Shown here piece by piece: positions 47,996 to 58,399 of a stretch of 64,000 bases of DNA. The translations under genes and the position numbers were made by a program. The DNA comes from Escherichia coli (GTDB lineage Bacteria; Pseudomonadota; Gammaproteobacteria; Enterobacterales; Enterobacteriaceae), in NCBI RefSeq assembly GCF_003018255.1, contig NZ_CP027440.1; one strand, given 5' to 3'. Numbering within the stretch: position 1 is the stretch's first letter; every line of letters begins with the position of its first letter. The notes beneath the pieces are model-generated. The model had not been told where the DNA came from. It searched no databases and worked only from the letters and a program-made list of their open reading frames with translations.

Positions 47996-48685
47996 TTAAA
48001 AACGGTGACCCGCTTCCAGCGGAACCGCTTCTTCACCAGCCTTAAACACATAAGTGGTGTTCGGGCCACCCAGCGTTGCGTGACCTTTATTCACTGTGAT
48101 CCAGTTACCTTCCGGTAGACCAATAATTGTGAGTTCTGGCGCGACGACCAGCAGTTCGCGAATACGCTGTTCACGGGTTTCACCTTTATGGCCTTCCGGC
48201 AGCGCGTTGGTGAAGTGCGGGTTGATTTGCAACGGGAACAGATTCAGCGCATCGAAACCTTGTGGATCGACAATCGGCATATCGTTGGTGGTACGAATGG
48301 TTGGGCAAGCAAGGTTAGCGCCTGCGCTCCAGCCAATATACAGCGCGCCACGTTTCACCACGTCAGTAATGGGTGCCAGCAGCCCGCGCTCGCGGCACTG
48401 TTTCAGCAACTGGAAAGTATTCCCGCCGCCGACAATCACGATCTCAGCATTTTCAATCGCGGCAACGGGATCGACAACGCTATGAATACCGGTGACAGAA
48501 ACACCCAGCGGAGCGAGAACCGCAGCCGTTTTCGCTGTGTAATCATCCCAGGTCTGCGTTACGCCAGCGAAAGGGATAAACACCGCTGAGCGGCGACCCT
48601 GCAACTGTTCAGCAATTAGCGGCAGTGCATGTTCCAGCCAGGCTTTACCCGGCAGCGTCGAGTTACTCAATAAAAGCAGTTCCAT
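47996..48685 (-). CDS. pepE: Dipeptidase E (alpha-aspartyl dipeptidase)
   Basis: 229-aa ORF recognised as PepE. Confidence 0.95.
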   Translation of the reverse strand: MELLLLSNSTLPGKAWLEHALPLIAEQLQGRRSAVFIPFAGVTQTWDDYTAKTAAVLAPLGVSVTGIHSVVDPVAAIENAEIVIVGGGNTFQLLKQCRERGLLAPITDVVKRGALYIGWSAGANLACPTIRTTNDMPIVDPQGFDALNLFPLQINPHFTNALPEGHKGETREQRIRELLVVAPELTIIGLPEGNWITVNKGHATLGGPNTTYVFKAGEEAVPLEAGHRF

Positions 48686-48799
48686 TACTTCTCCGGTTAG
48701 TAAGAAATCACGGAAGGCATGCTACCACTGCGAATTTAACCACTTACTGACATGGCTCACGATGTCACGTATTGCACAGGCGCTGAGACTGATGACAAA

Positions 48800-48905
48800 C
48801 ACAGCATTGCCTGATGCGCTACGCTTACCTGGCCTACCAGATAACTGCAATATATTGAATTTTCGAGATTATGTAGGCCGAATAAGGCTTCATTCCGCAT
48901 CCGGC
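48800..48905. repeat. REP-like palindromic units between pepE and the sor operon
   Basis: gcctgatgcgctacgc...gtaggccgaataaggc...cgcatccggcat. Confidence 0.5.
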
Positions 48906-49065
48906 ATAAACAATGTGTACTTTGCCACCAATTTGAGCGCCCCTTAAGGCGCTGATATTTTTTATCCTTCTCATGCAAATTGTGCTGCTTCAGCAATCAG
49001 CCGCACATCCGGTCGCGAAGTTGCCGCGGCGACCAGCCAGCGACATGCAGAGTTAAGTAGCGCGA

Positions 49066-50295
49066 TTAATCATGGGAAATTGCCTCTGCATGAGTGAGCA
49101 GATATTGCTCCGCCTCACCGGACCAGATCCCCTGATGACGCGCCAGAATTGCCGCCAGTGCTTGATCCTGAATCTGCGTGAGTGACATAAGCGGCAGGTA
49201 TTTCCCGGTATACACCAGCTTTTTGCCGCCGCCGACGGCAGGCAATTCAAGCGTGGTTTCGCCCGCGGCATTCAGCCCAAGAATATGTGTTACCACTTTT
49301 GCGGCCTGCACTTTTTTCTCTTCGATCAGTTTGACCGCCGCGCGCATGTCGTCGGTATTGCCGCCTGACGTGCCCACGTAGTGGGTAAATGCATAATGCA
49401 CATCGTAGAAATTAATTGGCGCGCTGAAATGTTTATCCTGCGGTCCGGCGAAGAAATTCAGGCAACCATCTGTCGCCAGCAAGGAAGAGGCGAGAGTCAC
49501 CAGTCCTTCATTAGGCACAAAGACGAAAATATCATCGAAGCCGTGACCGCCACTCAGCGCCATTAACGTATCAAATGCTGCATCAGTGGCATTGAGATAA
49601 TGAATCAGTGTTTGCGATTCTGATGGATAGTGCTTGCGCGCATAACTCAATTTATCGTTGTCGGTATCGGTAATGACGAGCAGCGACGGGTTAACGGGTC
49701 CATGCAGCGCATAATCAATCGCCAACAGTCCCATTGGTCCGGTGCCGCCGAGGATCAGCGTGCGCCCTTGCGGGCGAATCCCCATCGTGTGGTTATAACT
49801 ACCTTCCTGAAGATGATAGTTGGCGTTGAACGCGCCAATCACGCAGGAAAGCGGTTCAACCAGCGAGCCTTCAAAATAGGTTTCGCCGTCGTATGCCAGC
49901 AGGCAATCTTGTTCCATAACCTCATTTGGGATAACCACATGTGTGGCTTCACCGCCCACCCACGGGAAGGAGTAGCCGGGGCAGTCCGGGCGGTCGGGGA
50001 GTTGCAGGTTGGCCTGAATCACATAACGCTGACCCGGCTGGAATTTGTGCTGCCACTTTTTACCCACGGCCAGAATATCGCCGCAAAACTCGTGGCCGAT
50101 GATGATGGGGTTGGTCGCCACATCGTCGGGTACTTTTTTATGGTTTTCACCCAGATTGGCCTCTTTCCAGGAAGAGAGGCACAGGCTGTCGGTGACCACC
50201 GTCGCGAGGATTTCATCCTCCTGCATTTCAGGAAGATCAAAGGTTTCCAGGCGTAAATCACGTTTACCATAAAGACGCAGAGCTGTTGTTTTCAT
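49066..50295 (-). CDS. sorE: L-sorbose-1-phosphate reductase (zinc-dependent medium-chain dehydrogenase)
   Basis: 409-aa product from MKTTALRLYG; MDR/ADH-like fold (GHEFCGDI...); last gene of sorCDFBAME order. Confidence 0.85.
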   Translation of the reverse strand: MKTTALRLYGKRDLRLETFDLPEMQEDEILATVVTDSLCLSSWKEANLGENHKKVPDDVATNPIIIGHEFCGDILAVGKKWQHKFQPGQRYVIQANLQLPDRPDCPGYSFPWVGGEATHVVIPNEVMEQDCLLAYDGETYFEGSLVEPLSCVIGAFNANYHLQEGSYNHTMGIRPQGRTLILGGTGPMGLLAIDYALHGPVNPSLLVITDTDNDKLSYARKHYPSESQTLIHYLNATDAAFDTLMALSGGHGFDDIFVFVPNEGLVTLASSLLATDGCLNFFAGPQDKHFSAPINFYDVHYAFTHYVGTSGGNTDDMRAAVKLIEEKKVQAAKVVTHILGLNAAGETTLELPAVGGGKKLVYTGKYLPLMSLTQIQDQALAAILARHQGIWSGEAEQYLLTHAEAISHD

Positions 50296-50346
50296 AAACC
50301 ACCTCATGTTGAGCGATGGCCCCGGCAGTCGTGCCGGGGCGAAGAA

Positions 50347-51171
50347 TCAGGACAGGAAGCCCAGCACATTGCCGATAATCCCTAAGCCAAACAGGGCGAA
50401 AATCAGCCATACCGGGTTAATTTTTTTGTTGAGCAGACGAACCATCAGTAGCGTCAGACCGAGCGCCAGCAAACCAGGGCAAAGTTGGTCGAGAATGTTC
50501 TGCACGGTCATGGTGACGGTGGAGCCATCGGCGGCATGCGTTTGTGAAACCACCAACGGTACGTTGATTGACGTCCATTTGGTGACCAGCACGCCCATCA
50601 CAAACAGTCCGAGAATCGACGCGCCTTCGGTGAGTTTTTGCAGCACATTCCCGCCCATATCGCTGACGATATTCACCCCTTTGCGAAAGCCGAGCTGTAG
50701 GCCATACCACTTCATCGCCAGACGCACCGCGTTGAAAATAAAGAAGAACAGCAGGGGGCCGAGAATGTTGCCCGAAAGTGCCAGAGATGCGCCGAGCGCG
50801 GCGGTAATCGGGCGCAGCGTTCCCCAGACCAGTGGATCGCCAACCCCTGCCAACGGTCCCATCAGGCCGACTTTGATGCCGTTAATGGTACCGTCATCAA
50901 TTTCCGCGCCGTTGGCCCGCGCCTCTTCCATGGCGGCAGTGACGCCGATGACCGGGCCACATACGGCTGGCGTGGTATTGAAGAACACCAGGTGTCGCCT
51001 GAGCGCCGCAACCTGATCCTCTTTTAATGGGTAAAGTCGCTTGATGGCGGGGATCATGTCGTAGCAAAAACCCAGCCCATGAATACGTTCAAAGTTAAAG
51101 GACGCCTGTTGCAGGTTGGAGCGCAGAAACATGTTCACCAGATCGCTGCGTGTAATTTTTCTCTGTTCCAT
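50347..51171 (-). CDS. sorM: PTS sorbose-specific EIID component (mannose family)
   Basis: N-terminus MEQRKITRSDLVNMFLRSNLQQASFNFERIHGLGFCYDMIPAIKRLY parallels ManZ-type IID. Confidence 0.85.
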   Translation of the reverse strand: MEQRKITRSDLVNMFLRSNLQQASFNFERIHGLGFCYDMIPAIKRLYPLKEDQVAALRRHLVFFNTTPAVCGPVIGVTAAMEEARANGAEIDDGTINGIKVGLMGPLAGVGDPLVWGTLRPITAALGASLALSGNILGPLLFFFIFNAVRLAMKWYGLQLGFRKGVNIVSDMGGNVLQKLTEGASILGLFVMGVLVTKWTSINVPLVVSQTHAADGSTVTMTVQNILDQLCPGLLALGLTLLMVRLLNKKINPVWLIFALFGLGIIGNVLGFLS

Positions 51172-51181
51172 GATGGCTCCG

Positions 51182-51979
51182 TTAATTGTCAAGTTGGTCA
51201 AGGGCGGTGGAGGCGGTGGCCTGGAGTTGAGGTTCAGCTTTACGCCACTGTGGATTTAGCTGGATGTAGACCAGGGCCATGATCACGCCGACGCCACCGA
51301 ACGCCAGCAGACTGAGATCGAGGTAGCCACCTGCGAGGAAACCGAGGAAAAAGAAAGGCATCAAATATTTCACGCCCATCATGCGAAGCACCATGGCGTA
51401 ACCGACCACCACGATAAAACCGCCAGCAATCTGCAGTCCACGGGTCACAAATTCGGGAATGGCGCTCAGCATATTGCTCACCATATCAGCGCTGACGAAC
51501 AGCGAGACAATCAGTGCCGGAATAGCAACGCGCAGTGCCTGCACGCCAAGCGCGGAGACATGCAGAATATCGAGAGTGCGAAACCGTGCTTCTTCCGCTG
51601 CTTTATCCGCCGCGTGCTGGAACACTACGGTGATGGTACGGGCAAACACCGTCAGCACCTGGCCTGCCGCAGCCACAGGCAACGCGATGGCGATTCCGGT
51701 GGCGATGCTTTGCTGACCAACGATAACCAGAATGGCGGAGATTATGCTGGCGAGTGCAGAATCCGGAGATTGCGCCGCGCCGACGTTCATCCAGCCGAGA
51801 GCTATCAATTCCAGCGTACCACCGAGCATAATTCCGGTTTTTAAATCACCGAGAATTAAACCAATCACCGTACAGGCAATTAACGGACGATGAGTCTGAA
51901 ATTCATCCAGCACGCTGCCCATTCCGGCAATACAGGAAAAAAGAAATATAGCAATGATTTGTAGGGTACTTATTTCCAT
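51182..51979 (-). CDS. sorA: PTS sorbose-specific EIIC component (mannose family)
   Basis: 265-aa polytopic membrane ORF of ManY/IIC type. Confidence 0.85.
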   Translation of the reverse strand: MEISTLQIIAIFLFSCIAGMGSVLDEFQTHRPLIACTVIGLILGDLKTGIMLGGTLELIALGWMNVGAAQSPDSALASIISAILVIVGQQSIATGIAIALPVAAAGQVLTVFARTITVVFQHAADKAAEEARFRTLDILHVSALGVQALRVAIPALIVSLFVSADMVSNMLSAIPEFVTRGLQIAGGFIVVVGYAMVLRMMGVKYLMPFFFLGFLAGGYLDLSLLAFGGVGVIMALVYIQLNPQWRKAEPQLQATASTALDQLDN

Positions 51980-52044
51980 GATTTGTCACCTTTTAAGTGT
52001 CGTCATCCCTGCCTGTTAAAGCATATGTACACAGGCGCTATTAT

Positions 52045-52539
52045 TTAATTTGCGATTAACTGTTCGTTTATTTTGTCGATAATATTGATTGAGGGATCTG
52101 ACGCTACGACGCGTAAATCCAGTATGACGCCAAGATTATTTAACTCATGAAATGCGTTAATATCATCATCATCTAATGAAACCGCTTTGGTTAACTGTTT
52201 TTTACCGGGCCGCCAGGCCATGCCGCCAATATTCAGGGTGTCTATTTTTACCCCCTGGCGAACCATCGCTAAGGCATCCTGTGGGCGAGTGAAAAGATAA
52301 AAAACGGTTTCGTCCTGATATTGCGGGTTGTGATAAACCGCGACGGCTTTTTCAATATTGACCACGTTAACCTTCATTCCCGGTGGCGCAGCCTGACGCA
52401 ATAATGTCCGGCGCACTTCATCGTTATAAACTTCGTCATTGCAGATAATAATGTGCTGGGCATTAGCCACTTTCGACCAGACGGTAGTGACCTGGCCGTG
52501 GATCAGACGGTCATCAATGCGGGCGAGCGTAATGTTCAT
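52045..52539 (-). CDS. sorB: PTS sorbose-specific EIIB component
   Basis: 164-aa ORF with N-terminal MNITLARIDDRLIHGQV (phosphorylatable His of mannose-family IIB). Confidence 0.85.
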   Translation of the reverse strand: MNITLARIDDRLIHGQVTTVWSKVANAQHIIICNDEVYNDEVRRTLLRQAAPPGMKVNVVNIEKAVAVYHNPQYQDETVFYLFTRPQDALAMVRQGVKIDTLNIGGMAWRPGKKQLTKAVSLDDDDINAFHELNNLGVILDLRVVASDPSINIIDKINEQLIAN

Positions 52540-52946
52540 CAGAAATCCTCCTCTGCCGTTGCCAGTTGTTTCCAGACAACGCAGGTTTGCTTTGCGATTT
52601 GCGTCAGGTGTTCACACAGTTCATCAACATTCATGCTGTGCTGGTTATCAACCAGTTCGAGCGCCAGCGGCAGAGAAAGGCCGCTGATTACCCGCAGACG
52701 AGGATTGCGCATCGCAAGCATCGCTGCCGCATTCCACGGGCTGCCGCACTGTAAATCCACGGCAATCAGCCACTCATCTTGATTGTGAATGCTTACTAAC
52801 TTTTCCAGCTTTGCTACGATGTCTCCGGCGTTTTCACCGGGCACAAATTCAACGGCTTCAACATTGGCGTTGCCGTAAACCATCTGAACCGATTCCAGCA
52901 TGGCGCAAGCTAATTTGCCGTGGGCACAAAAAATGGCGTTGACCAT
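52539..52946 (-). CDS. sorF: PTS sorbose-specific EIIA component
   Basis: 135-aa ORF, mannose-family IIA N-terminus (MVNAIFCAHGKLA). Confidence 0.85.
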   Translation of the reverse strand: MVNAIFCAHGKLACAMLESVQMVYGNANVEAVEFVPGENAGDIVAKLEKLVSIHNQDEWLIAVDLQCGSPWNAAAMLAMRNPRLRVISGLSLPLALELVDNQHSMNVDELCEHLTQIAKQTCVVWKQLATAEEDF

Positions 52947-52955
52947 AAAGCCTCC

Positions 52956-53762
52956 TTAGCCGCGCGTTTTGCCGCCCGCAATGTTAGTGGTTACTCCGGT
53001 GATATAGCTGGCGCGTTGAGACAGCAGATAACAAACAAAATCAGCGACTTCTGCTAATCTTCCGGCGCGCCCAATAGGAATGGCGTTTTTGGTATAGCCT
53101 TCACGCAGCTGCTCGACGGTGATATTGCGCGTCCACGCCAGCGCCTCTTCATATTCCGGCGTGCGTAGCCCGGTTTTTTCCAGAATCCCGGGCGCGATAC
53201 CGACCACACGGATGCCGTGTTTACCCAGCTCTTTCGACCAGGAGCGCGTGAAGCTATTGAGCGCGGCTTTGGTAGCGGCGTAACAGCTTTGGCCTTCTGA
53301 GCCTTCCAGTCCACTTTCTGAGGAAACATTCACAATCACGCCATCATGTTGTTTGACCATCTGTCGCGCCACCGCCTGCGACATCAGAAAAACGCCTTTC
53401 TGGTTGATATTGACCATTTTTTCGAATGCAGCTTCGTTGAGTTCATACTGCCCGGCAGGCGCTTTCTCATCGACCAGCAGACGCGGGAAATTGACCCCGG
53501 CGTTATTGACCAGACCGTCGATGCGACCAAAACGCTGGATAATTTCCGCTACCGTATGATTTACCTCTTTGGCGCTGGAAATATCGGTCGGCCAAAACTG
53601 ATAGCCTTTATGACCTTCATATTGTCCATCGCCACCGTGAATATCGACCATCTGTACATTCGCGCCTTGTGCTAATAATTCCTCTACAATCGCCAGACCA
53701 ATACCGCATGCGCCGCCGGTGACGATAATGATTTTATCCTGCAAATTTAACCACGTTTGCAT
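52956..53762 (-). CDS. sorD: Short-chain dehydrogenase/reductase (D-glucitol-6-phosphate dehydrogenase of sor operon)
   Basis: 268-aa SDR with TGGACGIG Rossmann motif and YxxxK catalytic motif. Confidence 0.85.
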   Translation of the reverse strand: MQTWLNLQDKIIIVTGGACGIGLAIVEELLAQGANVQMVDIHGGDGQYEGHKGYQFWPTDISSAKEVNHTVAEIIQRFGRIDGLVNNAGVNFPRLLVDEKAPAGQYELNEAAFEKMVNINQKGVFLMSQAVARQMVKQHDGVIVNVSSESGLEGSEGQSCYAATKAALNSFTRSWSKELGKHGIRVVGIAPGILEKTGLRTPEYEEALAWTRNITVEQLREGYTKNAIPIGRAGRLAEVADFVCYLLSQRASYITGVTTNIAGGKTRG

Positions 53763-53831
53763 AACAGACTCCTGATTTTAGATAATAGGGACCCGCCGTA
53801 ATTTTTATTACGATAAACATCGGGAAGATTT

Positions 53832-54779
53832 TTATTTCAGTAATAGTTCAGCTGTGCTGCTATTCGTTACCAGACAATTAATATATTTTCCACGCAGTGT
53901 ACCAATAATTCCGCTGTATTTTTCTTCACTCATGGCAATGCCAATGGAATACCGCGCCTGCTTTAATTTATTCATTTCGATAGAGAGTGTTTTTTCGCTC
54001 ATATTCGTTTCAACCATTGCGCCGTGAATATCAAAAAAGCGCGAGCAAATATCGCCAGCAACCTGGCGGGCATTCAGGTCGTCACTCTCTTCACCACCAT
54101 AAAACGCATGCCAGTTAGCGCCGTCGCGAATGGCCGGTGAGCCAATTCCCACCAGGGCGACATCCAGATTATCCCAGTAGGCAGAGATGGTTTTAAAGTG
54201 CTGAGACTGCATGATCCCATTACGAATTAATGGGTTATCCAGCAGAGCCGGAAAATCCGCGAGATGCGATTCCCCTTTCAGCTTCGCTGCCGCGCTGTAG
54301 GTTAATGTGTTTACGTGATAGCGGCTTTCGAGTTTACCGGACGGTCCGCCAATAATTGGTACGCAGATTAACTGCCGCGATTGCCCCGCCTGCGGCAAGT
54401 TTTCAACCAGTGCGCTCACCGCGCGACCCCAGGAAAAACCGACAATATCGCCAGGCTCCAGCAAGCGATCCAGCAGTTGCGCGCCGTGTAACCCCATCAT
54501 CGCCAGTTGAGTCTCTTCATCCTCATCATTTCCCGACACCACCACAACGTCTTTCAGGCCAAACTTTTGCTTCAGTTGCTGCTCCAGCCAGAGATTTTCG
54601 TTGTAGTCATAGTTGATGGCGATGGTGACAATTCCCTGATCGCGGCCTCGTTTAAGCAAGCGGCTGATGGTGGTGCGGTAAATACCCAGTTCGCGCGCGA
54701 TTTGCGCCTGCGTCATATCCTGTTCGTAATAGAGTTGGGCAATCTTCACAATCAAACGGATATCGTCACTGTTTTCCAT
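53832..54779 (-). CDS. sorC: SorC-family transcriptional regulator of the sorbose operon
   Basis: 315-aa product from MENSDDIRLIVKIAQLYYEQDMTQAQIARELGIYRTTISRLLKRGR (N-terminal HTH plus sugar-binding domain). Confidence 0.85.
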   Translation of the reverse strand: MENSDDIRLIVKIAQLYYEQDMTQAQIARELGIYRTTISRLLKRGRDQGIVTIAINYDYNENLWLEQQLKQKFGLKDVVVVSGNDEDEETQLAMMGLHGAQLLDRLLEPGDIVGFSWGRAVSALVENLPQAGQSRQLICVPIIGGPSGKLESRYHVNTLTYSAAAKLKGESHLADFPALLDNPLIRNGIMQSQHFKTISAYWDNLDVALVGIGSPAIRDGANWHAFYGGEESDDLNARQVAGDICSRFFDIHGAMVETNMSEKTLSIEMNKLKQARYSIGIAMSEEKYSGIIGTLRGKYINCLVTNSSTAELLLK

Positions 54780-55126
54780 TGCCGCCTCCTGGTTCTGCAC
54801 ATTTGTGCAAATACGCTTTCTCACCGCTTGATCTGATATAACCCCATCATGAGGGCCTTTCAAAGCGATTTTTCACTCTTTGCATGGGGAGAAATAGCGC
54901 TTTCTCTTGCACATTTGTTTCTCTGCGTAGTAGTCATCAGCACAGGTGTGCAGCGATTCGTAATATGTTGATTATCCTTATTTTGCCAGGCAAATTTGCA
55001 TCGTACTTCCGGAGACACTTTTGTGATAAAAGGCGTGGCAGATCACATTTAATTTCGACGTTGCCGCATAACCCTGTTTTTCCCCGCTAAGAGGTACGGT
55101 ATATTCCGCGTTTTACAGGAGAATTT

Positions 55127-55999
55127 ATGCTGCCCGACTCATCAGTCCGTTTAAATAAATACATCAGCGAAAGCGGAATTTGCTCACGCCGCGAAGCGGA
55201 TCGCTATATCGAGCAAGGCAATGTGTTCCTTAATGGCAAGCGAGCCACCATTGGCGATCAGGTGAAACCCGGCGACGTTGTGAAAGTAAATGGTCAGTTG
55301 ATTGAACCTCGGGAAGCCGAAGATTTGGTACTTATCGCCCTGAACAAGCCCGTCGGTATTGTCAGCACCACCGAAGATGGCGAGCGCGATAACATTGTCG
55401 ATTTCGTTAACCACAGCAAACGCGTATTCCCGATTGGCCGCCTGGATAAAGACTCCCAGGGGCTGATTTTCCTCACCAATCACGGCGATCTGGTGAATAA
55501 GATCCTCCGTGCGGGTAACGATCATGAGAAAGAGTATCTGGTGACGGTCGATAAACCGATTACCGATGAATTTATTCGTGGTATGGGGGCGGGGGTGCCA
55601 ATCCTCGGGACAGTGACTAAAAAGTGCAAAGTCAAAAAAGAAGCGCCATTTGTCTTCCGCATTACCCTGGTGCAGGGGCTGAACCGTCAGATCCGTCGCA
55701 TGTGCGAGCACTTTGGTTACGAAGTGAAAAAGCTGGAACGTACGCGCATTATGAACGTCAGTTTAAGCGGCATTCCGCTGGGGGAGTGGCGCGATTTAAC
55801 CGACGATGAGTTAATCGACCTCTTTAAGCTCATCGAAAATTCCTCTTCCGAGGCAAAACCTAAAGCGAAGGCCAAACCGAAAACGGTAGGCATCAAACGT
55901 CCAGTCGTTAAGATGGAAAAAACGGCGGAAAAAGGCGGTCGCCCGGCGTCCAACGGTAAGCGTTTTACCTCGCCGGGGCGCAAAAAGAAGGGGCGTTAA
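55127..55999 (+). CDS. rluF: 23S rRNA pseudouridine synthase F
   Basis: 290-aa ORF with S4 domain and RsuA-type catalytic region; Lys-rich C-terminus. Confidence 0.93.
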   Translation: MLPDSSVRLNKYISESGICSRREADRYIEQGNVFLNGKRATIGDQVKPGDVVKVNGQLIEPREAEDLVLIALNKPVGIVSTTEDGERDNIVDFVNHSKRVFPIGRLDKDSQGLIFLTNHGDLVNKILRAGNDHEKEYLVTVDKPITDEFIRGMGAGVPILGTVTKKCKVKKEAPFVFRITLVQGLNRQIRRMCEHFGYEVKKLERTRIMNVSLSGIPLGEWRDLTDDELIDLFKLIENSSSEAKPKAKAKPKTVGIKRPVVKMEKTAEKGGRPASNGKRFTSPGRKKKGR

Positions 56000-56272
56000 T
56001 CAGCGCCTGCCGCGCGTCGACGTATTTGCTGACCAGCTAAATGACGCCTCAGGATCCGGTTTATAAGCCTGCTTTTTCTTCAATTGGCGGGCTTTTTTCG
56101 CTTCAGCCTCACGCTCGACCATTAATTTATCGATGTACTCTTTCTTAATGCTGTTGGTTTCGGAGTTGGTCAGTACGCGACCATGCGCAATCCGCGCCCG
56201 ATCCAGCAGTGTTTTAAGTTCACGCTGCTCGCGTTCAGTCATCTCTTTTTGGGTAATACGGGGGAGTGCCAT
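56000..56272 (-). CDS. yjbD: DUF3811 family protein YjbD
   Basis: 90-aa ORF immediately convergent on rluF; synteny. Confidence 0.85.
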   Translation of the reverse strand: MALPRITQKEMTEREQRELKTLLDRARIAHGRVLTNSETNSIKKEYIDKLMVEREAEAKKARQLKKKQAYKPDPEASFSWSANTSTRGRR

Positions 56273-56479
56273 GATGGTGCCCTCAGTGAGCCAGAGAGTT
56301 CAGTGTACGGGAATTCGTTTGCGAGCAGAACTGATAATATTCATTTTGCCTTCTCTTAACTATTTATCTCTTTCGATAATTAATTAGAGATGTAGATAAA
56401 AAAATTAAAGGCAATTATTCTCCGATAAAGACGTTGGTTAACAGAGTACAGGCTCGTTTATTTATGGGCATAATGACAA

Positions 56480-56517
56480 GAAAAACAATACGGCCCGAAA
56501 TAATGTCTTCCGGGCCA
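56480..56517 (-). terminator. lysC intrinsic terminator
   Basis: Minus-strand hairpin ggcccggaa...uucgggcc followed by guauuguuuuuc. Confidence 0.6.
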
Positions 56518-56525
56518 TACTGTGT

Positions 56526-57875
56526 TTACTCAAACAAATTAAAATGCAGCTTCTGCACCACCTGCTCGGCATCTTCGCCGGGCACCAGGAAGCACAGGTT
56601 ATGGCTGGATGCGCCGTAACAAATCATGCGAATGTTGAACGGTTCCAGTACGCCGAATACCTCTTTGCCAACGCCGCAGGCTTTTGACAGGTCATTGCCA
56701 ATCAACGCGACCAGCGCCAGACCTTCCTCCACTTCTACCCGGCATAGTGCAGACAGCTCCATCAGCAGAGATTGCGTCAGCAAGGTATCGCCAGTGGAGG
56801 TTGAACCGGTGGTATCAAGGGTTAATGCCACGCTCACTTCTGACGTGGTGATTAAGTCTACCGAAATATTATGCCGCGCGAGGATGCCGAAAACTTCCGC
56901 GAGGAAACCGCGAGAATGCAGCATATTCAGGCTGTGCAAAGTGAGCAGAGTCTGATTGCGACGAAGCGCCAGCGCGCGGAACAGCGGCGGATTTTCAGTT
57001 TTATTGCACACCAGCGTACCACCTGCGCGTGGGTCTTTGCTGGAGCCGACAAAGACCGGGATATCGCTGCGTACTGCGGGTAGCAACGTTGCCGGATGCA
57101 GTACTTTTGCACCAAAAGTTGCCATCTCTGCCGCTTCGGCAAACGCGATTTCATCAATGCGTTTTGCTGCGGAAACCACGCGTGGATCGGTGGTGTAGAT
57201 GCCCGGGACGTCGGTCCAGATATCAACACGAGATGCGTGTAAAGCCTCCGCCAGCAAGGCTGCCGTATAATCGCTGCCTCCACGGCCAAGCGTCGTTGTA
57301 CGACCTTTATTTTCGCTGCCGATAAATCCCTGGGTGATCACTAAGCCTTCATTGAGGCGTGGGAGCAGTTGCAGCGCGGCCAGTTCCGCCAGCGCGGCTA
57401 CATCTGGCTCTGCACGACCAAATCGGTCGTTGGTACGCATCACTTTACGTACATCAAACCATTGTGCCTGAACATCGCGTTCGCGCAGGATCTCGACAAA
57501 CAGCAGGGTCGACATCAGCTCGCCGTGGCTGACCAGTTCATCTGTCAGGGCCGGAGACGTTGCCAGCGCCGCCGCTTCTGCCAGAACAGTAATGTTCTCC
57601 AGCAGACGTTCAATCTCTTCACGGATAACGTTCGGGTAACGCAGACGTTCCAGAATGGCAAACTGGATGTTGCGAATAGCGTCGAGTTTTTCGAATCGCT
57701 CGCCAGGTTCCAGTCCTTCAGCTAAAGCGACCAGCAGATTAGTGATACCAGCAGAAGCCGAGAGGACAACTAAACGCACGTTGGCATCAGAAAGCACAAT
57801 ATCAGCGCTGCGGTTCATGGCGTCAAAATCAGCTACGCTGGTACCGCCAAATTTGGAGACAACAATTTCAGACAT
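56526..57875 (-). CDS. lysC: Lysine-sensitive aspartokinase III
   Basis: 449-aa ORF recognised as LysC (MSEIVVSKFGGTSVADFDAM). Confidence 0.97.
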   Translation of the reverse strand: MSEIVVSKFGGTSVADFDAMNRSADIVLSDANVRLVVLSASAGITNLLVALAEGLEPGERFEKLDAIRNIQFAILERLRYPNVIREEIERLLENITVLAEAAALATSPALTDELVSHGELMSTLLFVEILRERDVQAQWFDVRKVMRTNDRFGRAEPDVAALAELAALQLLPRLNEGLVITQGFIGSENKGRTTTLGRGGSDYTAALLAEALHASRVDIWTDVPGIYTTDPRVVSAAKRIDEIAFAEAAEMATFGAKVLHPATLLPAVRSDIPVFVGSSKDPRAGGTLVCNKTENPPLFRALALRRNQTLLTLHSLNMLHSRGFLAEVFGILARHNISVDLITTSEVSVALTLDTTGSTSTGDTLLTQSLLMELSALCRVEVEEGLALVALIGNDLSKACGVGKEVFGVLEPFNIRMICYGASSHNLCFLVPGEDAEQVVQKLHFNLFE

Positions 57876-57899
57876 AACTACCTCGTGTCAGGGGATCCA

Positions 57900-58160
57900 T
57901 TTTCAGCCTTGGCACAAGGGAAGAGCGGAAGACGGGTGGGCGCAGAGCGATACTTCGCTACTATTTTCACCCAGAAGTGCTCCACCACTTGCGAAACGCC
58001 CGACTGCGAACGCTTCTGGTGACAACCCAGGGGATTCAGCCCCTGTAGCCGATGATGAACGTGGCCAGCCGTTCAATCACCTCGGCGATGCACCCCCTCA
58101 GGTGTTATCACAGGACTGGCTCCTCCAACACCGTTACTTGGGCAACGCGCCTCTTCTGGC
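57900..58160 (-). promoter_or_regulatory. Lysine riboswitch (L-box) in lysC leader
   Basis: ~300-nt structured leader upstream of lysC; minus-strand RNA carries the sequence I recall for the E. coli lysC L-box (..gaggcgcguugcccaaguaacgguguuggaggagccag..). Confidence 0.65.
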
Positions 58161-58399
58161 CTGCGCTAGCGCAGGTAGTACATTTATAAATAAAGGGTGA
58201 GCGGGGCGGTTGTCAACGATGGGGTCATGCGGATTTTTCATCCACTCCTGGCGGTCAGTAGTTCAGCTAATAAATGCTTCACTGCGCTAAGGGTTTACAC
58301 TCAACATTACGCTAACGGCACTAAAACCATCACATTTTTCTGTGACTGGCGCTACAATCTTCCAAAGTCACAATTCTCAAAATCAGAAGAGTATTGCTA

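Noticed and set aside
48939-48975. Short hairpin followed by a T-run on the plus strand (gagcgcc-cctta-aggcgct gatatttttt)
   Set aside because: Both flanking genes are on the minus strand, so a plus-strand terminator has no transcript to terminate; the stem is only about 6 bp, likely fortuitous
48757-48996. 79-aa minus-strand ORF and 61-aa plus-strand ORF in the pepE-sorE spacer
   Set aside because: They overlap REP palindromes and each other; REP units routinely generate spurious short ORFs
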